Assembly: GCF_006345805.1 (NCBI RefSeq)
Contig: NC_043013.1
Span: 3,286,001 to 3,350,000, forward strand
Length of the DNA: 64,000 nucleotides
Direction: 5' to 3'
Source: Octopus sinensis
Lineage: Eukaryota
Shown: in pieces, positions 26,431 to 40,723 of the stretch
How the letters are laid out: each line of letters opens with the position of its first letter
Position numbering within the stretch: position 1 is the stretch's first letter
The notes under the pieces: model-generated
What the model was told of the DNA's origin: nothing
Seen by the model: the letters and a program-made list of their open reading frames with translations, nothing else
The model's database searches: none
Made by a program: the position numbers and the translations under genes

Positions 26431-27300
26431 ATACAAGTATAAAAGAATACACATGTTTTGAGTTCTATTTTCCTGTTAGTATAATCAAACCTATATATGT
26501 GTGAATATATATATATAAATGTATGTATGTATATGTATATATACGTACACACACACACACACATATATATATACGTACATACCAAAATACGTGCATACAT
26601 ACATATATACATACATATACATTCATACATTCATACATACATATACATACATACAACATTCATACTTACATACATATACATACATTCATACATACATACA
26701 TACATACATACATACATACATACATACATACATTCATGCATACATACACACATACATACATACAAATACACATATTCTCAGCTTCGTGATTGTTTGCATA
26801 TACATACATATATATATATTTGTGTTATAAGCTCCTTCCATGCTTCTCCACATAACATTAGTTTTGTACGTGCGGCTATACGTATGCATGGGAGCGTGCC
26901 GTTGTGTGTGCTTCCTCTTCACTATTACTATTGCGTTTTTATACCAAAGTTGTATGCAGTGAATTTAGGTTCTTATCTAAGGGGAAAATGTACATGTATT
27001 TCATTGTATATATTTGGACATAATCTTGCATGTTGTAGGTAATTGCCATCAATGTGTGTGTGTGGGTGTATGTGTATACTTTATATTATGGGAATGTGTA
27101 TTTCTCTGTGTAGGTTGCTGCACGTGTGTGAATTTATGTGGGTGGATGAAGGTACATGCTTTCTATCCATTACCACTTTTTCCCTCTCTCACTCCACTCC
27201 CCCTCAAATTCTCATTTTTATGTTTCAGCTATTTTCTCTCTCTCCCTCTCCCTGTAGCTCTCTACCTCTCTCTCTTTCTGTCTCTCTCTCTCTCCCCCTG

Positions 27301-27340
<40 letters not shown>

Positions 27341-27435
27341 AATATATATGCACATGTACATAGGCGTATATACACACATACACTCTTCATTACCACCCAC
27401 CGTATCTCCAAACCCCATATATGCATATGTGTATG

Positions 27436-27495
<60 letters not shown>

Positions 27496-27537
27496 CATAT
27501 ATATATATATATATATAATATATATATATATACATAC

Positions 27538-27639
<102 letters not shown>

Positions 27640-28139
27640 ATCGATGTATATTTATATTCATTATGTTTTTTTTTATATTATTTAACCTTCCCCCCCACTC
27701 TCACTGTAAGGCCCTTTTCTCTCAGTTTTCTTTATCTCTGTCGACAATTATCTACATACAACCTCAGGCAAAGTATTCAGCAATTCAGTACAGAGAATGT
27801 ATGCGCGCGTACACACCACATACACACACGTATACATACACACACCACACACACACTCACACACACACACACTCATGCACACACACACAAATGAACGAAC
27901 GGATACACACCCACGTATATACACACACAAACAAATACAAGCAAGTGAATGAATGAACGAAGCCACTCCCACACACACATGCAAACAAATACAATCACAA
28001 ACACTGTAGAAAGTATGCGCATGAGCGTCCAAATACTTCAGAATCATGACCCCCCCCCCACCATGCCGCCTCTGCTCTGCAAACATAAGAACCTTACCAC
28101 TGCAGGAATGTAGGTGCCCACGCAATTTGTACTGTCCCT

Positions 28140-28345
28140 GGAAATATTGATTTCAAATTTTGGCACAAGTCCAGCAAGTTCGGGGCAAGGAGCCTAATCG
28201 ATTACATCGACCCCTGTACTCAACTGGTGCTTATTTTATCGACCTTCGAAAGGATGGAAGGCAAAGTCGACCTCGGCGGAATTTGAACCAGGAACGTAAA
28301 GACGGACGAAATGCCGGTCAAGTATTTTGCCGAACATCCTAACGA
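28140..28345 (-). mobile_element. SINE family B
   Basis: ggcaaagtcgacctcggcggaatttgaacc core. Confidence 0.88.
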
Positions 28346-28411
28346 TATAGATAGATAGATACATACATACATACATACATACATACATACATACATACAT
28401 ACATACATACA

Positions 28412-28442
<31 letters not shown>

Positions 28443-28597
28443 GTGTGTGTGTGTGTGTGTGTGTTTACACTTATGTATGTATTTGAATTTCACTGGTTCG
28501 ATGATAAGCCTCGTTAGGGGCTTTGAAACTTTAAGTTGCATGGAATTTGAATCAAACTGTTTTGATCCGTATATATATCAACGCGAAAATAAAAACT

Positions 28598-28945
28598 AGT
28601 CTACATCATTAGACATTGTCAGTGTTGCAGGTTTTCACTCTGAGTTATCTTCTCTTAGAGAGATGCTGTGACAACAGAGGGGTCTTCTTGTCACAGTGGG
28701 CTAACCGCGCGCCTGGAAGCCATGCCATGTATTTCCACGTCAATGCGCATATGTTGTCCATGTTCAGAGAATGGCATTGGATTTATGAAAATCCTTTCCC
28801 CACTATAAAAAAAATCCCATTGCACAGGCATCGCTTAAAAAAAGTCACACATATCCCCAAAATGGCTGGTCGTAGCCTTTGCATGTGTGGGACTTTCGAC
28901 CAGGCGATGGCAATACTTGAACATGCGTTTGCAGCCACCATATAT
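28598..28945. repeat. Dispersed two-module repeat (X forward, Y inverted)
   Basis: Both modules recur at 45912-46255. Confidence 0.75.
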
Positions 28946-28951
28946 ACACAT

Positions 28952-29004
<53 letters not shown>

Positions 29005-29044
29005 TATATATATATATACAACACACACACACATATATATATAT

Positions 29045-29077
<33 letters not shown>

Positions 29078-29100
29078 ACATATATATATATATATATATA

Positions 29101-30239
29101 CAAGGGTTGGACAAAATAATGGAAACACCTAGCATCATAGCATCATAATTTCGAAATATCTATAAAACTGTCGAAATCTTGTTTATTTTAAAGGTTTTTC
29201 TTTTATTATTAGTGTTGCTTAATATATTTTGCTAAAATTGCTGTTTCTTTTCAGATATCATCAGGAAAAGGTAATTAAAATTAATTAAAATGACAGATCT
29301 GTCGCACTTTCAATGAGGTCAAATTGTTGGTGCCCTTATGGCAGGCGCTAGCGTAACGAAAACAGCCGAAATATTTGGTGTATGAAGAAGTATTGCCTCG
29401 AAAGTAATGACAGCCTTTGAGAAAGAGGGCAAAAAAACCTCCTCGTCGAAACAAAACTCCGGAAGAAAAGCAAAACTTTCAGATAGGGACCGTCGGACTC
29501 TTACATCATTTGTTAGAACGGCTCACAAAATTACAGAACCTACAGAATTGTACAAAGCCTAGAATTGTACAAAACCAGAAGTGTACAAAACCTACAGAAT
29601 TGGTCCCTAGAGCAGTGGAAGAATGTTATTTTCTCGGACGAGTCATCCTTTACCCTATTTCCGACCAACGGCCCAGTATACAGCCAAAAGAAGCATTTGA
29701 CCCAGACTGCCTTCTTCCAACTGTTAAACATGGAGGAGGATCTGTGATTATCTGGGGAGCTGTATCTTCGAAATCCACCGGCCCAATGGCTTCCCTTCAT
29801 GGCAGAATTAACAGTCAAGACTATTTAAATATCTTATCTTATCAAATTTATCCTATAGTTGCAGAACTGTTTCCGGAGGGAAACGCAATCTTTCAGGATG
29901 ATAAAGTACCAATTCACACAGCTAAATTTGTTACTGAATGGCACGAGGAACATTCTAGTGAAGTTGATCATTTTTTTTGTCCACCACAGTCCCCAGATCT
30001 CAATATTATTGAAAATTTATGGTGCATTTTAGGAAAGCAAGGAGTCGGTATCCTCCGCCATCACCACTACAAGAACTGGAGACTGTTTTAGTTGAAGTTT
30101 GGAAACAATTCAAACTTTGTACGAATCCATACCTCGTAGAATTCAAGCTGTAATTACTGCCAAAGGCAGTCCTACCCTTTATTAAGATAAATTTGTTTGA
30201 AATTTTAAGATGTTTCCATAATTTCTCCAACCCCATTTG
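29101..30239 (+). mobile_element. Tc1-family DNA transposon, near full length, frameshifted
   Basis: TIRs caagggttggacaaaataatggaaacacc and gatgtttccataatttctccaacccc; TA at the left end; FSDESSF, TVKHGGGSVIIWG, FQDDKVPIH and PQSPDLNIIENLW motifs. Confidence 0.93.
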
Positions 30240-30241
30240 AT

Positions 30242-31065
30242 AAAATTATTAAACATTTTATACCAGTGGTTTGCATATGTAATAAGAGACAGAAGACATA
30301 GATATTTTATATATATAATAGTGTATGAAATATACACGGAGGGAAGACCACCATGTGGATTTCTTACAGGCTAAAAGTAGCAGTCGAAACCTAAAACCAC
30401 GAAAGAATATTCTTACATTAAAGCACGTTAATTTATACCCATATATTTATAAAGTTAAATATTTATGTTTTCTTACCCTTATTACACATGCAAACCACTG
30501 GTATAAAATGTTTGATAATTTTAATCTTTATATTTATAAAGTTAAATATTTAAATTCTTCTGCCAGACGTATACGTTTGAATTTATTCACTGCTATACTG
30601 CTCTGGCGTCACATGTTGTTTTGAGGGCATTCTGAGGTGAATCCATGATGTATAAACATGAAACTGAGTGCCTATGTGTTTTACTTTGTATTTTCGGTAC
30701 GTATCGCAGTTATATGTTTATGCATTTAATTAGCGACCTTGTTGATGAGCTACGGTTGATTAAATAGTCAGTTAATTATCTTATTAGTTGATTTATTTGG
30801 CCAGTAACAGCGAAACTTATAAATATAAGTTTACTATATTTTATTCACTGGAGTATCTTTCTTGTGTACAAATCAACGTGCTTTAATGTAAGAATATTCT
30901 TTCGTGGGTTTAGGCTTCGACTGTCATTTTTAGCATGTAAGAAATCCACATGATGGTCTTTCTCTTCATATATGTTTCATATACTGTTATATGGAAAAAT
31001 ATTTATGTCTTCTGACACTCAACGCGCATGCTAACCACTGGTAAATAATTATTTAATAATTTTTT
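30242..31065. repeat. Nested inverted repeat structure
   Basis: 30242-30435 is inverted at about 30860-31065, and 30242-30285 is also inverted at 30478-30521. Confidence 0.8.
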
Positions 31066-31229
31066 ACCCTTATATTCATGAAGCTTTATATATATATATA
31101 TACATAAATTCATACATACATGGACTCACATACACACACACATGAACACAGAGACACATACACACGCACGCACGCACTCACACACACACACACTCACTCA
31201 CACACACATACATACTATAGAGATAGAAT

Positions 31230-31315
<86 letters not shown>

Positions 31316-31330
31316 GACAGACAGACAGAC

Positions 31331-31397
<67 letters not shown>

Positions 31398-31419
31398 TGT
31401 ACATATTTGTGCGTGTGAT

Positions 31420-31635
31420 TTGTAGTTATCCTCCAACACCGCTTAAGAATCGATGATGGTCTGTTTACCTCTCTGTAACTTACCGTTTCCGGAAAAAAGA
31501 AAAGCCCCGATAGAATGAGCACAAGGCTTTAAAAAAAGTACTGGGACCGATTAATCGCTTAAACCCTTCAAAGTGGTGCCCCAGCATGGCTGCAGTCCAA
31601 TGACTGAAACATGTAAAAGTTATAAGATAAAGATA
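31420..31635 (+). mobile_element. SINE family A, 3' half
   Basis: ggtgccccagcatggctgcagtccaatgactgaaac tail. Confidence 0.8.
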
Positions 31636-31739
31636 CATTCTGTAGGTATAGGTATCCGGTCCGTCGTAACATGACCCCTTCAGTGTTTCAACATTTACTA
31701 TGATGGCGTATGTCTCTCAACTGGTCTTAAATCACAGTC

Positions 31740-31960
31740 ATATCTTGTTCTTCCATTTTATAGTCGCTCTGTTTACTAGAAATAGCAGCTAAATTTACTT
31801 CAAATTACACCCCCAAAGTCTTTAAAATAACACATTGACAATCCAGTTTTACATGTTTGAAAAAAAAGACAGAATGACAACTGAAATCATTTTGATGATA
31901 GGCCTTACTCAATCAAGGATGACCTGGGACTCAACAACAACAACAACAACAACAAACACT
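31740..31960. repeat. Dispersed repeat family C with (AAC)n tail
   Basis: tagaaatagcagctaaatt..aaattacaccc motif recurs at 44785, 45180, and inverted at 48590 and 61800. Confidence 0.6.
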
Positions 31961-32969
31961 TCATCCTTCTTTCTCTAAAACGCCGCGGCCAATTACTCCC
32001 TGAACCACATCTCTCTACATCATCTTTGCACACTTCGTCCCATCAAGCATTAATCCCATCAAGCATCAAGCATTAATCTACAACAACTCAGGTTATGCAG
32101 GGATAGCCTCGTTATACTATTTCACAGATGCTCCCAGGATATATGTCAAGAAATCGTGCGCTCTTCATCGGATAACAGAGCTGCAACATCACTTTGTGAC
32201 TATAGCGAGATGTAAGCTATCAGAAAGTGTCATTCTTTATAGTAAGCTGTTTTATTGGGAATTTGAGCAGTCAAATCGTGACCATCCTGTCTTTTAGGAC
32301 TGTCTATACCTACATTATCTCATGCACTCGAATCTTTATTTTATTTAACATAATAGGTGCCGATTTAAGGTACATTTGGTTGCATTTCCATCAGGTCAAC
32401 TAACCACGTATAGGGACCAATGTGGTTTATCTTCTGGAGTTAGTCAGTAAGTCAAACTTTATGCTGTCTTGTAACATAAAAACAGTTACAACTGTAATAC
32501 CTACAACGATAATAGAAATATCAAAAGTCTACCAACCAACTCTCTTGAAGATATCACCTCAAAACTGATATATCTTCGTTCTCAATGTAAGCTTTGCGAC
32601 AAGACTCATGCAACTTAAACTTCAGGGCCCCTAATCTCGGAAGAGCCCCAGAAATAGCCTTATTTTAATGAATGAATCTCTCTACATCAGGTTTAACAGT
32701 GTTTATAAAAAATCTCCATCTAATATAGTGCAGCAAAGTCGTAATTTTACTAATATATTTTTCTTCTTCTAAAGAATAAAGAATGAAAATAGAAAAAGAA
32801 ATGAATGTTTAAATCAAGGGCAGCAAAATTGTCGAGGAAACCGAATATACAGCCAAAAATGCCTGGAACTGAATAAAAAGAAGAACAGCAACAACAATAA
32901 CAAAAGCAAAAACCAAAAACAGTGCTGAAAAAATGCAGTACACAAATGATATTTAACTCTTTCTTTCTC

Positions 32970-33029
<60 letters not shown>

Positions 33030-33599
33030 TGACATTCTCAAAACCCTTTTTTTTTTTCATTTAAAATTTACATTAAAGGTAAGAAATCTTTCATATTTTG
33101 CAAAATTGCCAAACACCTTTTGCAGATCAAGTCTATGAGAAAATTCACTGAATCGTCTTTGTTTTCTTTTACTCTGATTATTTTAGTTTCTTTTACCTTT
33201 TTTGTAAAGTATTTTATGTTTTCTTTTGTTTCAGTTAAAAAGTTTTTGTATTTAATTCAAATTCGAATAGTTTTACTATTTCGAATTTTAAAATGTTTCT
33301 TTCATTTTTACATTTTTCGTCAATCAATCGTTAATGATTTAGAATAATTAAGTGTTACAATAAAATAGTGATTCTTTAAACAACAGAAAGAGGAATACTC
33401 GATTAGGAATATTTTGATGATGTACTTTATTCTGAAACTTTGCCTTAAAATTGTTCTGAAGTGCCAACTCAGAAAGTTTTGAAGTCCACTCTCTAGCACC
33501 TGGTAACGGGTCTGCTTATATTCTAAAAAATTTAGCGTGTCTAAATATATTTTGGCAATTCCAGAGAAATACAATTAGCGCGAGTTCTTGGTTTTCTTA

Positions 33600-34950
33600 G
33601 CTCTTATTTAGAATGAGTGACGGAGCAACTTCGCTGATACTCTGTTATTGTTGACTACGCTTCACCTGATATATGTTGACCAGCTGGTAATTATGGTTCA
33701 ATACTGTTATAATGGAAAACCCGACAAGAAATTTTAAACATTTTCATTAATAGAAAAGCATTCATTCACGACTATATTTAACACGATACAAGTTCTAAAA
33801 TATCTGTACCGTGTCTGTTTACCTCAACTTTGCTGGAGGAAAAGGCTAGATCTGCTATACATGAAGAAATTAAATATTTTTTAATTGTGCAGGAGCTGTG
33901 TTTTCTTTCTTGAACGGGAGATACAAAACAAGCTGGACAAAATGATTTTTCTCTGAAGAGCCCAATTGTAACTGTGTAACTACGAAGAAATCAGGACAAT
34001 GAAAAAAGGAAAAACAGGGATTTTTCAAACTCTCAACCATATTTTGTAAGGGAGTAACCTAAATGTAAACACGATACAAAGAATTTAAATTAGAAATTAG
34101 TAAAGTTGGAATATGCTATTTAAACAGTTATTTAGAAAGAAGTGTTGGCTTGCTTCAGCAAAACAATTAAGAAACTCCCAATTCTTGGTTTCAATGTATC
34201 TGAAGTTTACCTTCCGCTATTGTCTTTACTTTTAAGGAACTCCAAGAAAATTCAGCCAACAGTATTGCACACTGGATTAAATGCTTAGTTTGTATAAAGT
34301 TTGTATAAAGATACCACTGCAAGTTATTCTGATGCTTCTAAATGCATTGTTACCATAAAATTTTCAAATGGAACAAGTGATAGTGCTTCTTTGAATGGAT
34401 ATGAGAAATTTAAAATAGAATCTCTAAATCACCTCTTTAACTTCATAGTAATCAAATTACGTAAGAGGATTAACTTTGCAGATTGCAAAGTTCAAGTTCC
34501 TCTCAGAATTGGTAAACAATTCTGTAATTGATGAGGATTGAATTAAACTTCTGTCATATTACAAATATGATATTAACAATAAATTAGCAAATGAGTGTCA
34601 TCAGTTCAGGGAATATTTGCATCTTAGAAAATCTCATAACACACAAGAAAACATGCCATCCAAAATGCAATGCACAGAAACTTTACAGTTTATTTATGAG
34701 CAACACCATCTTGAAATGTTCCCTAATATTACTACTTCACTTAAGCTCATGTCTATCATGAGTTATGAATCTGAAAGGAATCTCTCAATTTTTTTTATGA
34801 AGAAAAAAGTTCGGTCTACCATTACTGAAGAGCGCTTAAATTCTCTACCCATATTGTCTCCAGAAAATGGCATTCAACAAAGCTCTCATGTAACAAAACT
34901 TTGCATGAAAGAAAAACACAGGAAATGGAGTATTTTGCAAGATGGGCTTC
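33600..34950 (+). mobile_element. Decayed hAT transposase
   Basis: SVIVDYASPD..DQLVIMVQY..NGKP resembles the catalytic Asp region; FPNITTSL..ESERNLS..RSTITEERLNSLPILSPEN matches the hATC dimerisation domain. Confidence 0.82.
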
Positions 34951-35312
34951 ATGTAGTATGAGTCCCTATAAGTTTTTAAAACGAAAGTTTATATTAACCC
35001 TGGTTTTCGTTATGAATATAAATAAAACCTTGTTTTCATTCCCCTATAAATAGAAAACTATAAGGTTTAGGGAACTTTTATTCAGTGTCTTCTATATGTG
35101 AAAATCTCAGAACAGCAAAAGAAATCAAAATCTGAAAGTACTAATGAGATTTCATTTTTAAATTAATAGTGCTGAAGATAACAGTGGTTACCTTGAGTTC
35201 GATTCTGGTAGAAAGGGACTCACTGCAAGTCCTCATTTTAAAGAACTTCCCTCAATAACACTGGTTCGCGCCCCTTGGACCTTTGGGAATTGTAGTAAAG
35301 CCTTTCAGACCT

Positions 35313-35410
35313 TACTGGATATTACCTTATTGTTACTGGTTACCCTATTGTTGCTGGTTACCATCTTGTCGCTGGTTACCCTACTGTTGCTGGTTGACCT
35401 TACTGTCGCT
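35313..35410. repeat. 18-bp tandem repeat, about 5 copies
   Basis: gttaccctattgttgctg and variants. Confidence 0.85.
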
Positions 35411-36749
35411 AGTTTTGATGGTGGTCCTATAACAATTCAAGCTTCAGGACATCAAAGTATAGGTCCGCCACTGCTCACAGTACCAATATATCAGACATTT
35501 ACACGAAGAAAATTGTCCTTTACCGAGAAGATCGTGTCTTATGTAACTGTTGAACTACTGAGAGAGGTTGATTGCTTTACAACTCTACATTGTCGAATAA
35601 GGAATGAAGAAGGTAAATGGCATGCAATAAATTATACCTGAACGAACTTAAAAGCTTGTAGCAAACATTGAAAGGGAAAGATTTGCTTTTAGGCCATCAA
35701 GTGCTGTGCTGTAATATATGGTCAGTTTGATTTTATGTCGTGACACCGGCTTCTTTCTTCTTTCTTTGTGTTTGCCTGTTGTTGGTTGTTGTTTGGCATT
35801 AAATGGGCTTCACTCCTGGTCCACCTGAGATCGCTGAACGGATGACTGATACAATTTCTTTGCCATCATTTCCAAGAATTGAAGCACGTAACCGCCAAAC
35901 CTTTAAGTGTGTCTCACGCATCTGCGCTGAAGCTCATGTACGAAGAATACTGGAGAATATATGAAGAAAAATACGCCAAAACTCACCAACTGAGGCGTTC
36001 ACTCGCCAACAAAAAGCATAACCATACAACAGCAGCAGCAGCAGCAGTAGCAACATCAGTGATAATGAAATCAAGAAGAACAATATCAACATCATAAAAA
36101 CAACAACGTTGATAGCAGTAAGAAAATGAATTACAATAACAAAGATAATAACAGCAATACAAACAATAGAAGGCATGCTTTGATTGAAATTAGAAATGCC
36201 ATGTTCAGTGTCACTTGAAATCGTGATTGAGATATGAGAGATTGATGCAGTTAGAGAGGAGGAGGAGGAGGAGAGGGAGGAGGAGGGACAGATGGTAGTG
36301 ATGGGTTGGTGAGAACTGGTGGTGGTGGATCAGGAGGAGTAGGAGGGCGAAGGAGGAGGAGGGGATGTGAATTTCAGTTCTAATTACAAATAAATTGGAA
36401 ACATATTACTGCGATTGAACCACTGCTAGCACAACAACAACAACAACAACAACAACCACAATCACTTCAACATCTACCACCACCACCACCACCTCAACTA
36501 CTTGCGCACAACACTAATTATTCGGTCGTTTTCTATTTCCCTAATTGACAGTCTTTGTTGTATTTCTCGCTTGTTTCTCTTCTGTTTCTCAATCACTCTC
36601 TCACGTTTTATTCAGGTCTACACACACGGTGTACGTGTTTGTAGACACACCTATCAACTCTCTGATTCTGTCTTGTATGAGCGCGTGTATCGCTGTAGGT
36701 ATCTTAAAATGCATCTGAGCTCAAGTACGTGCAATTGTCTGTGAGCTCA

Positions 36750-38625
36750 TATACTGCCTGCCAGTTTAAATAAGTTTAATCTATCCATTTCATCAACCGA
36801 CTCATTCAGGTATACTCCCACACTGACTTCAATTACAACTTTTCCGCATTTTATAGACCTACCGACTGAAATACGTACTCGAACCGCCATGTATTGACGA
36901 AAGCAAGATCTTAAAAAGTTGGCCACTCCAATATGAGTTCCTATCATTATCAAATCTCTCAATGTAAGTGTAACCAAAGATTATGTTCCATTCCACCTTC
37001 TCTGACTAAAAGTTACAAATTTTGTCACAAGGCCGGTAATTTCGTGAGAGAGAATAAGTTAATTACATCGACCCCAGTACTCAAATGGCACTTATTTTAT
37101 CGACCTCGAAAGGATGAAAAGCAAAGTCAACCTCGGCGGAATTTGAACTCAACAAAAATACGGACGAAATGCCGCAAAGCACTTTGGCCGGGGTGCTAAC
37201 GATTCTTCCCAATCACTTTTGTTCATATCTAGTTTCTTCGGGTTTTCCTTCACACAGTCTTTATACCTTTTCCTCGGCTCATGCTGTGGTCACTTACCAG
37301 AGTTGAGCTCACCATAAAAAAGGACGCTTTGGCAATCGCTCATCTTTCATTCTAATAACATGTCCGACCCATCTCGTTTGAGACAAGATAACATGTTAAA
37401 TTGAGCTACAACGTACCATGTGCAGAACTTCTGTATCCGGTATAAAGCATTCCCACTTGACTCCCAAGATACGTTTGAGGCACTTTTGATGAAATCTCAC
37501 TGGCATTTTTATATGACACCTGTAAGTGGTCCACGTCTCACTCGACTACAGAAGTGCAATCAATACACACGTTTTACAGACACTGGTCTTTGTCTGCAGG
37601 GAAATACTTCTATCTGCCCATACTCGCTTTTCGAGCTTTCCAAATGTATCACTTCCCTTCCCTATTCGATAGATATCTCTGCATCAAGACTACCATCTCT
37701 TCACAGTGTGCTTCCAAAGTAAACAAAGGTGTCAATGACTTCTAATATTGTTCCATTCGCAAAAATGTTTAGTTCAGAAAATGTTTGTCCTGGCGCAACA
37801 GTAAACATTACTTTGGTTTTCCCAAGACTAATTGTGAGTCGGAAATGTACACATGCAGTGGAAAATCTGACCATTCCCCCTCTGAGTGTGCCAACAAATC
37901 AGCATCATCAGTATAAAGTAATTCTCTTACAAGTGTTTTGAAAGTCTTTGCTTTGCAGTTAAACCGGGTCAAATTTAAAATGCGACCAGATGTCCAAAAT
38001 CTGATTCTGCTTACCCTCGTGCAGGGGCAGGAATATCTCTCTGTTTGACAATGTTGTCCACCGAAAATTCATGAGATAGCTCACCATTAAAGATTTTATG
38101 TTTCTGTGTAGTTTCTTAAAGATGCTCACAACATATGTTGGACAACCAAGTTTACACAAAACAATTCACTGTGCCTCCCTGTTTACCGCGTTAAGTGCCT
38201 TAGTTAAAACTATGAAGAGCTGGTGTAGTGGCATTTGTTCCTCTACACATTTCTCTTGAACCTGCCTCGCAGAAAATATCATGTCCGTTGTTCCTCAGTT
38301 AGGTATGAAACGACACGGTTCTTCAGAAATCACATGTGGGCACGCATTCTAAACAGACGATCTAACATGATCCTTGAAAGTATCTTCCCGGTATGTGCCA
38401 GGTGGGTTATCCCTCTAGAATTGCCACACTACTTTTGGGCCTTTACCCTTGTATACAGAGATTAGAGTGCCATTTATCCATTCCTGGAGCACAGAAGATT
38501 AACTTCAAACTCGAGTTATCAGGCTACGAATTTCAAATGAAATATGATCACCCGCTTTCAGAATTTCGTCTAGAAAACCATCCAATTCAGGAGAGCTTTA
38601 CCTGATCTCAGTTTATATAACGCCA
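36750..38625 (-). mobile_element. RTE-clade (BovB-like) LINE, decayed RT and C-terminus
   Basis: GNSRGIT..GKILSRI, TTDMIFSARQVQEKC, LLYTDDADL (about 37890-37918), RFHQKCLKRILGVKW and RWVGHVIRMKDERLPK..YGEL motifs. Confidence 0.92.
37040..37210 (-). mobile_element. SINE family B inserted in the RTE 3' region
   Basis: gcaaagtcaacctcggcggaatttgaactc core. Confidence 0.85.
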
Positions 38626-38678
38626 GATTTACTTCTTCAATGGAAGTTGTATCATCCATGTGGTGCACTGTCTCTCTT

Positions 38679-38718
<40 letters not shown>

Positions 38719-38833
38719 CTCTCTCTCTATTTCTATCTTATATATATTGGTCTTGTGTCAGCTAGTCTCTGAATCTGATAAGCTGTCCACAAGGTTATGG
38801 CTTTTGTGGATGTGAAACCTTTGATATTTAAAC

Positions 38834-38897
38834 CACCTGATGAATGACTGTAACTTGAAAATTTAAAGAAATTAACAGCCATGAAACGATCGTAGTG
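38834..38897 (+). ncRNA. Minimal type I hammerhead ribozyme, canonical core
   Basis: Stem I CAC/GTG, CTGATGA at 38837, stem II ATGACTGT/ACAGCCAT (7 of 8 pairs), GAAA, palindromic ACGATCGT, GUA triplet. Confidence 0.75.
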
Positions 38898-39020
38898 ATA
38901 TATTAATTATATTTTTTTAATAATTTTGTTATATATTTAAATAATATAAATTAAATAATCTTATGTATTGGCTTAAGTTTTCCATTGTATGGTTTGCCTA
39001 ATAGTGATTTTATCTCTAAT

Positions 39021-39052
<32 letters not shown>

Positions 39053-39053
39053 C

Positions 39054-39086
<33 letters not shown>

Positions 39087-39839
39087 CAATTATATATACA
39101 TATATTTTATATACATATATATACATATATACATATATACATGTATATATACATACATTATATATATTCATGCATACATGCATATACACATACATACATA
39201 CATACATACATACATACATACATACAAATGCATACATACATACATTCATACATACATACATACATACATACATACATACATACATACATACATACATGCA
39301 TACATACATATGCATACATACATATATACATAAACATATTCATTATCATTTAGTTGTCCGTAAGTCAGAAATAGATGGACACTCAGTACCAGTAATAGAC
39401 TGGTATATTATTATATCATCAGACAATATATTATTGGTTGTGGTATATAATTGGTGACATTGTTAGCATTGGTTTTGTAGTGAATATTGCAACAAGACAA
39501 TATGGACGTGTTTTTAGACATGCTGACCGGAAGCACATTGCTTCTTTAGCGATAGAGACACATAGACTCTAGTTTAACTTCAAAGTAGCAAAAAGGTGAA
39601 ACGATGTTTCAGTGGGGGGGGGGGAATTGATGGGGAATTGAAGAACTGAAAGAAATCGGAAGGAAAAAAGGAAAAGTTATGTTCTATGAACTAATATTCA
39701 AGGTCAGTTCCCGAAAAAGATGTCAGAGAGATGATAATGATAATAGTAATGGCATTGATACATATCATGACAAAAGAACCAAATATTGGTGGTTATTAAA
39801 GGAGGCAATGAAGGACGAAAAGAAGCGAACCATTTCTGC

Positions 39840-40605
39840 TCTACAGGTCATTTATTACAACACCTGTCTGTGTTCGGATTACCCGTGCAAAGGGGCCATC
39901 CGGACTCCCGCTTCGCCGTGAACAGGATTTAATCTTCTCTCTTCGCTTCTTTTCCCCACATGGGCTCAACTCCCCTCCTGTCCTCTCTTCATCTGACAGC
40001 TTCTTTCTCTCTTCAACCCTACCCATCTCGCCTCTCCTCGCTTACCCTGATACCTACTTCCTCTCTCTCCTACCCACCTTCTCTCTTCATTGATACCCTT
40101 TCCATCCACACCCCACATCCCACTCTCACATACCCCACCCCGTATCTCTACTTCACATCCCCTCACAAAACACACACCACACGCCATCATCTGCACACTC
40201 ACACACCATCATCCACACATTCACAAATTACAGACGCACACACACATGCAAACATCCACACGTGAAAGTCAGTAGTCCCTATCCACACGCACACACTTAC
40301 ACGCTCACACATACATACACACACGCACACCGTTTTGGGATCTCCAGTACTTCATCATCTCCCCTTCTTCCTAACTCTCCTGTCCAACTACATTTTTACA
40401 ACCAGTCGCCATGATTGACTGCTAAATCCACAAGTTTTTTTTTATTCTTTCTCTATTTCCTCATGTTCCTTTCTGTTGAAGAGCGTAGGCTCGAAACGTA
40501 AAAGATTTTCTCACCTTCCCGAGCGTCAAACTAATACACTTACGTGTTGTTTATACACCTGACTTCGTCTTTTGTTTTTCTGTAAATTTCAGCTATTATA
40601 TATAT
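39840..40605 (+). mobile_element. PLE 3' fragment (GIY-YIG end, CT/CA-rich UTR, pseudo-LTR)
   Basis: 39840-39980 is clearly homologous to 54220-54350 (RLRREQDLIFSLR); ends in a short (TA)n. Confidence 0.85.
40469..40504 (+). ncRNA. Hammerhead-like motif, CUGUUGA variant
   Basis: CTTT/AAAG, CTGTTGA+A, GAGC-gtag-GCTC, GAAA, ACGT, GUA triplet. Confidence 0.6.
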
Positions 40606-40723
40606 AAGCTTCAAACACCATTCAGAAGCAAGACAGCTGTGACATAGGTCACGTCTTTCTATATGAACTTTTTGAAAAGCTTTAACTATATCAATAAGAA
40701 AATATTTTAACTATTCTCAGTGC

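Noticed and set aside
35172-35200. CTGAAGA followed by a TAAC/GTTA hairpin
   Set aside because: No GAAA or stem III follows.
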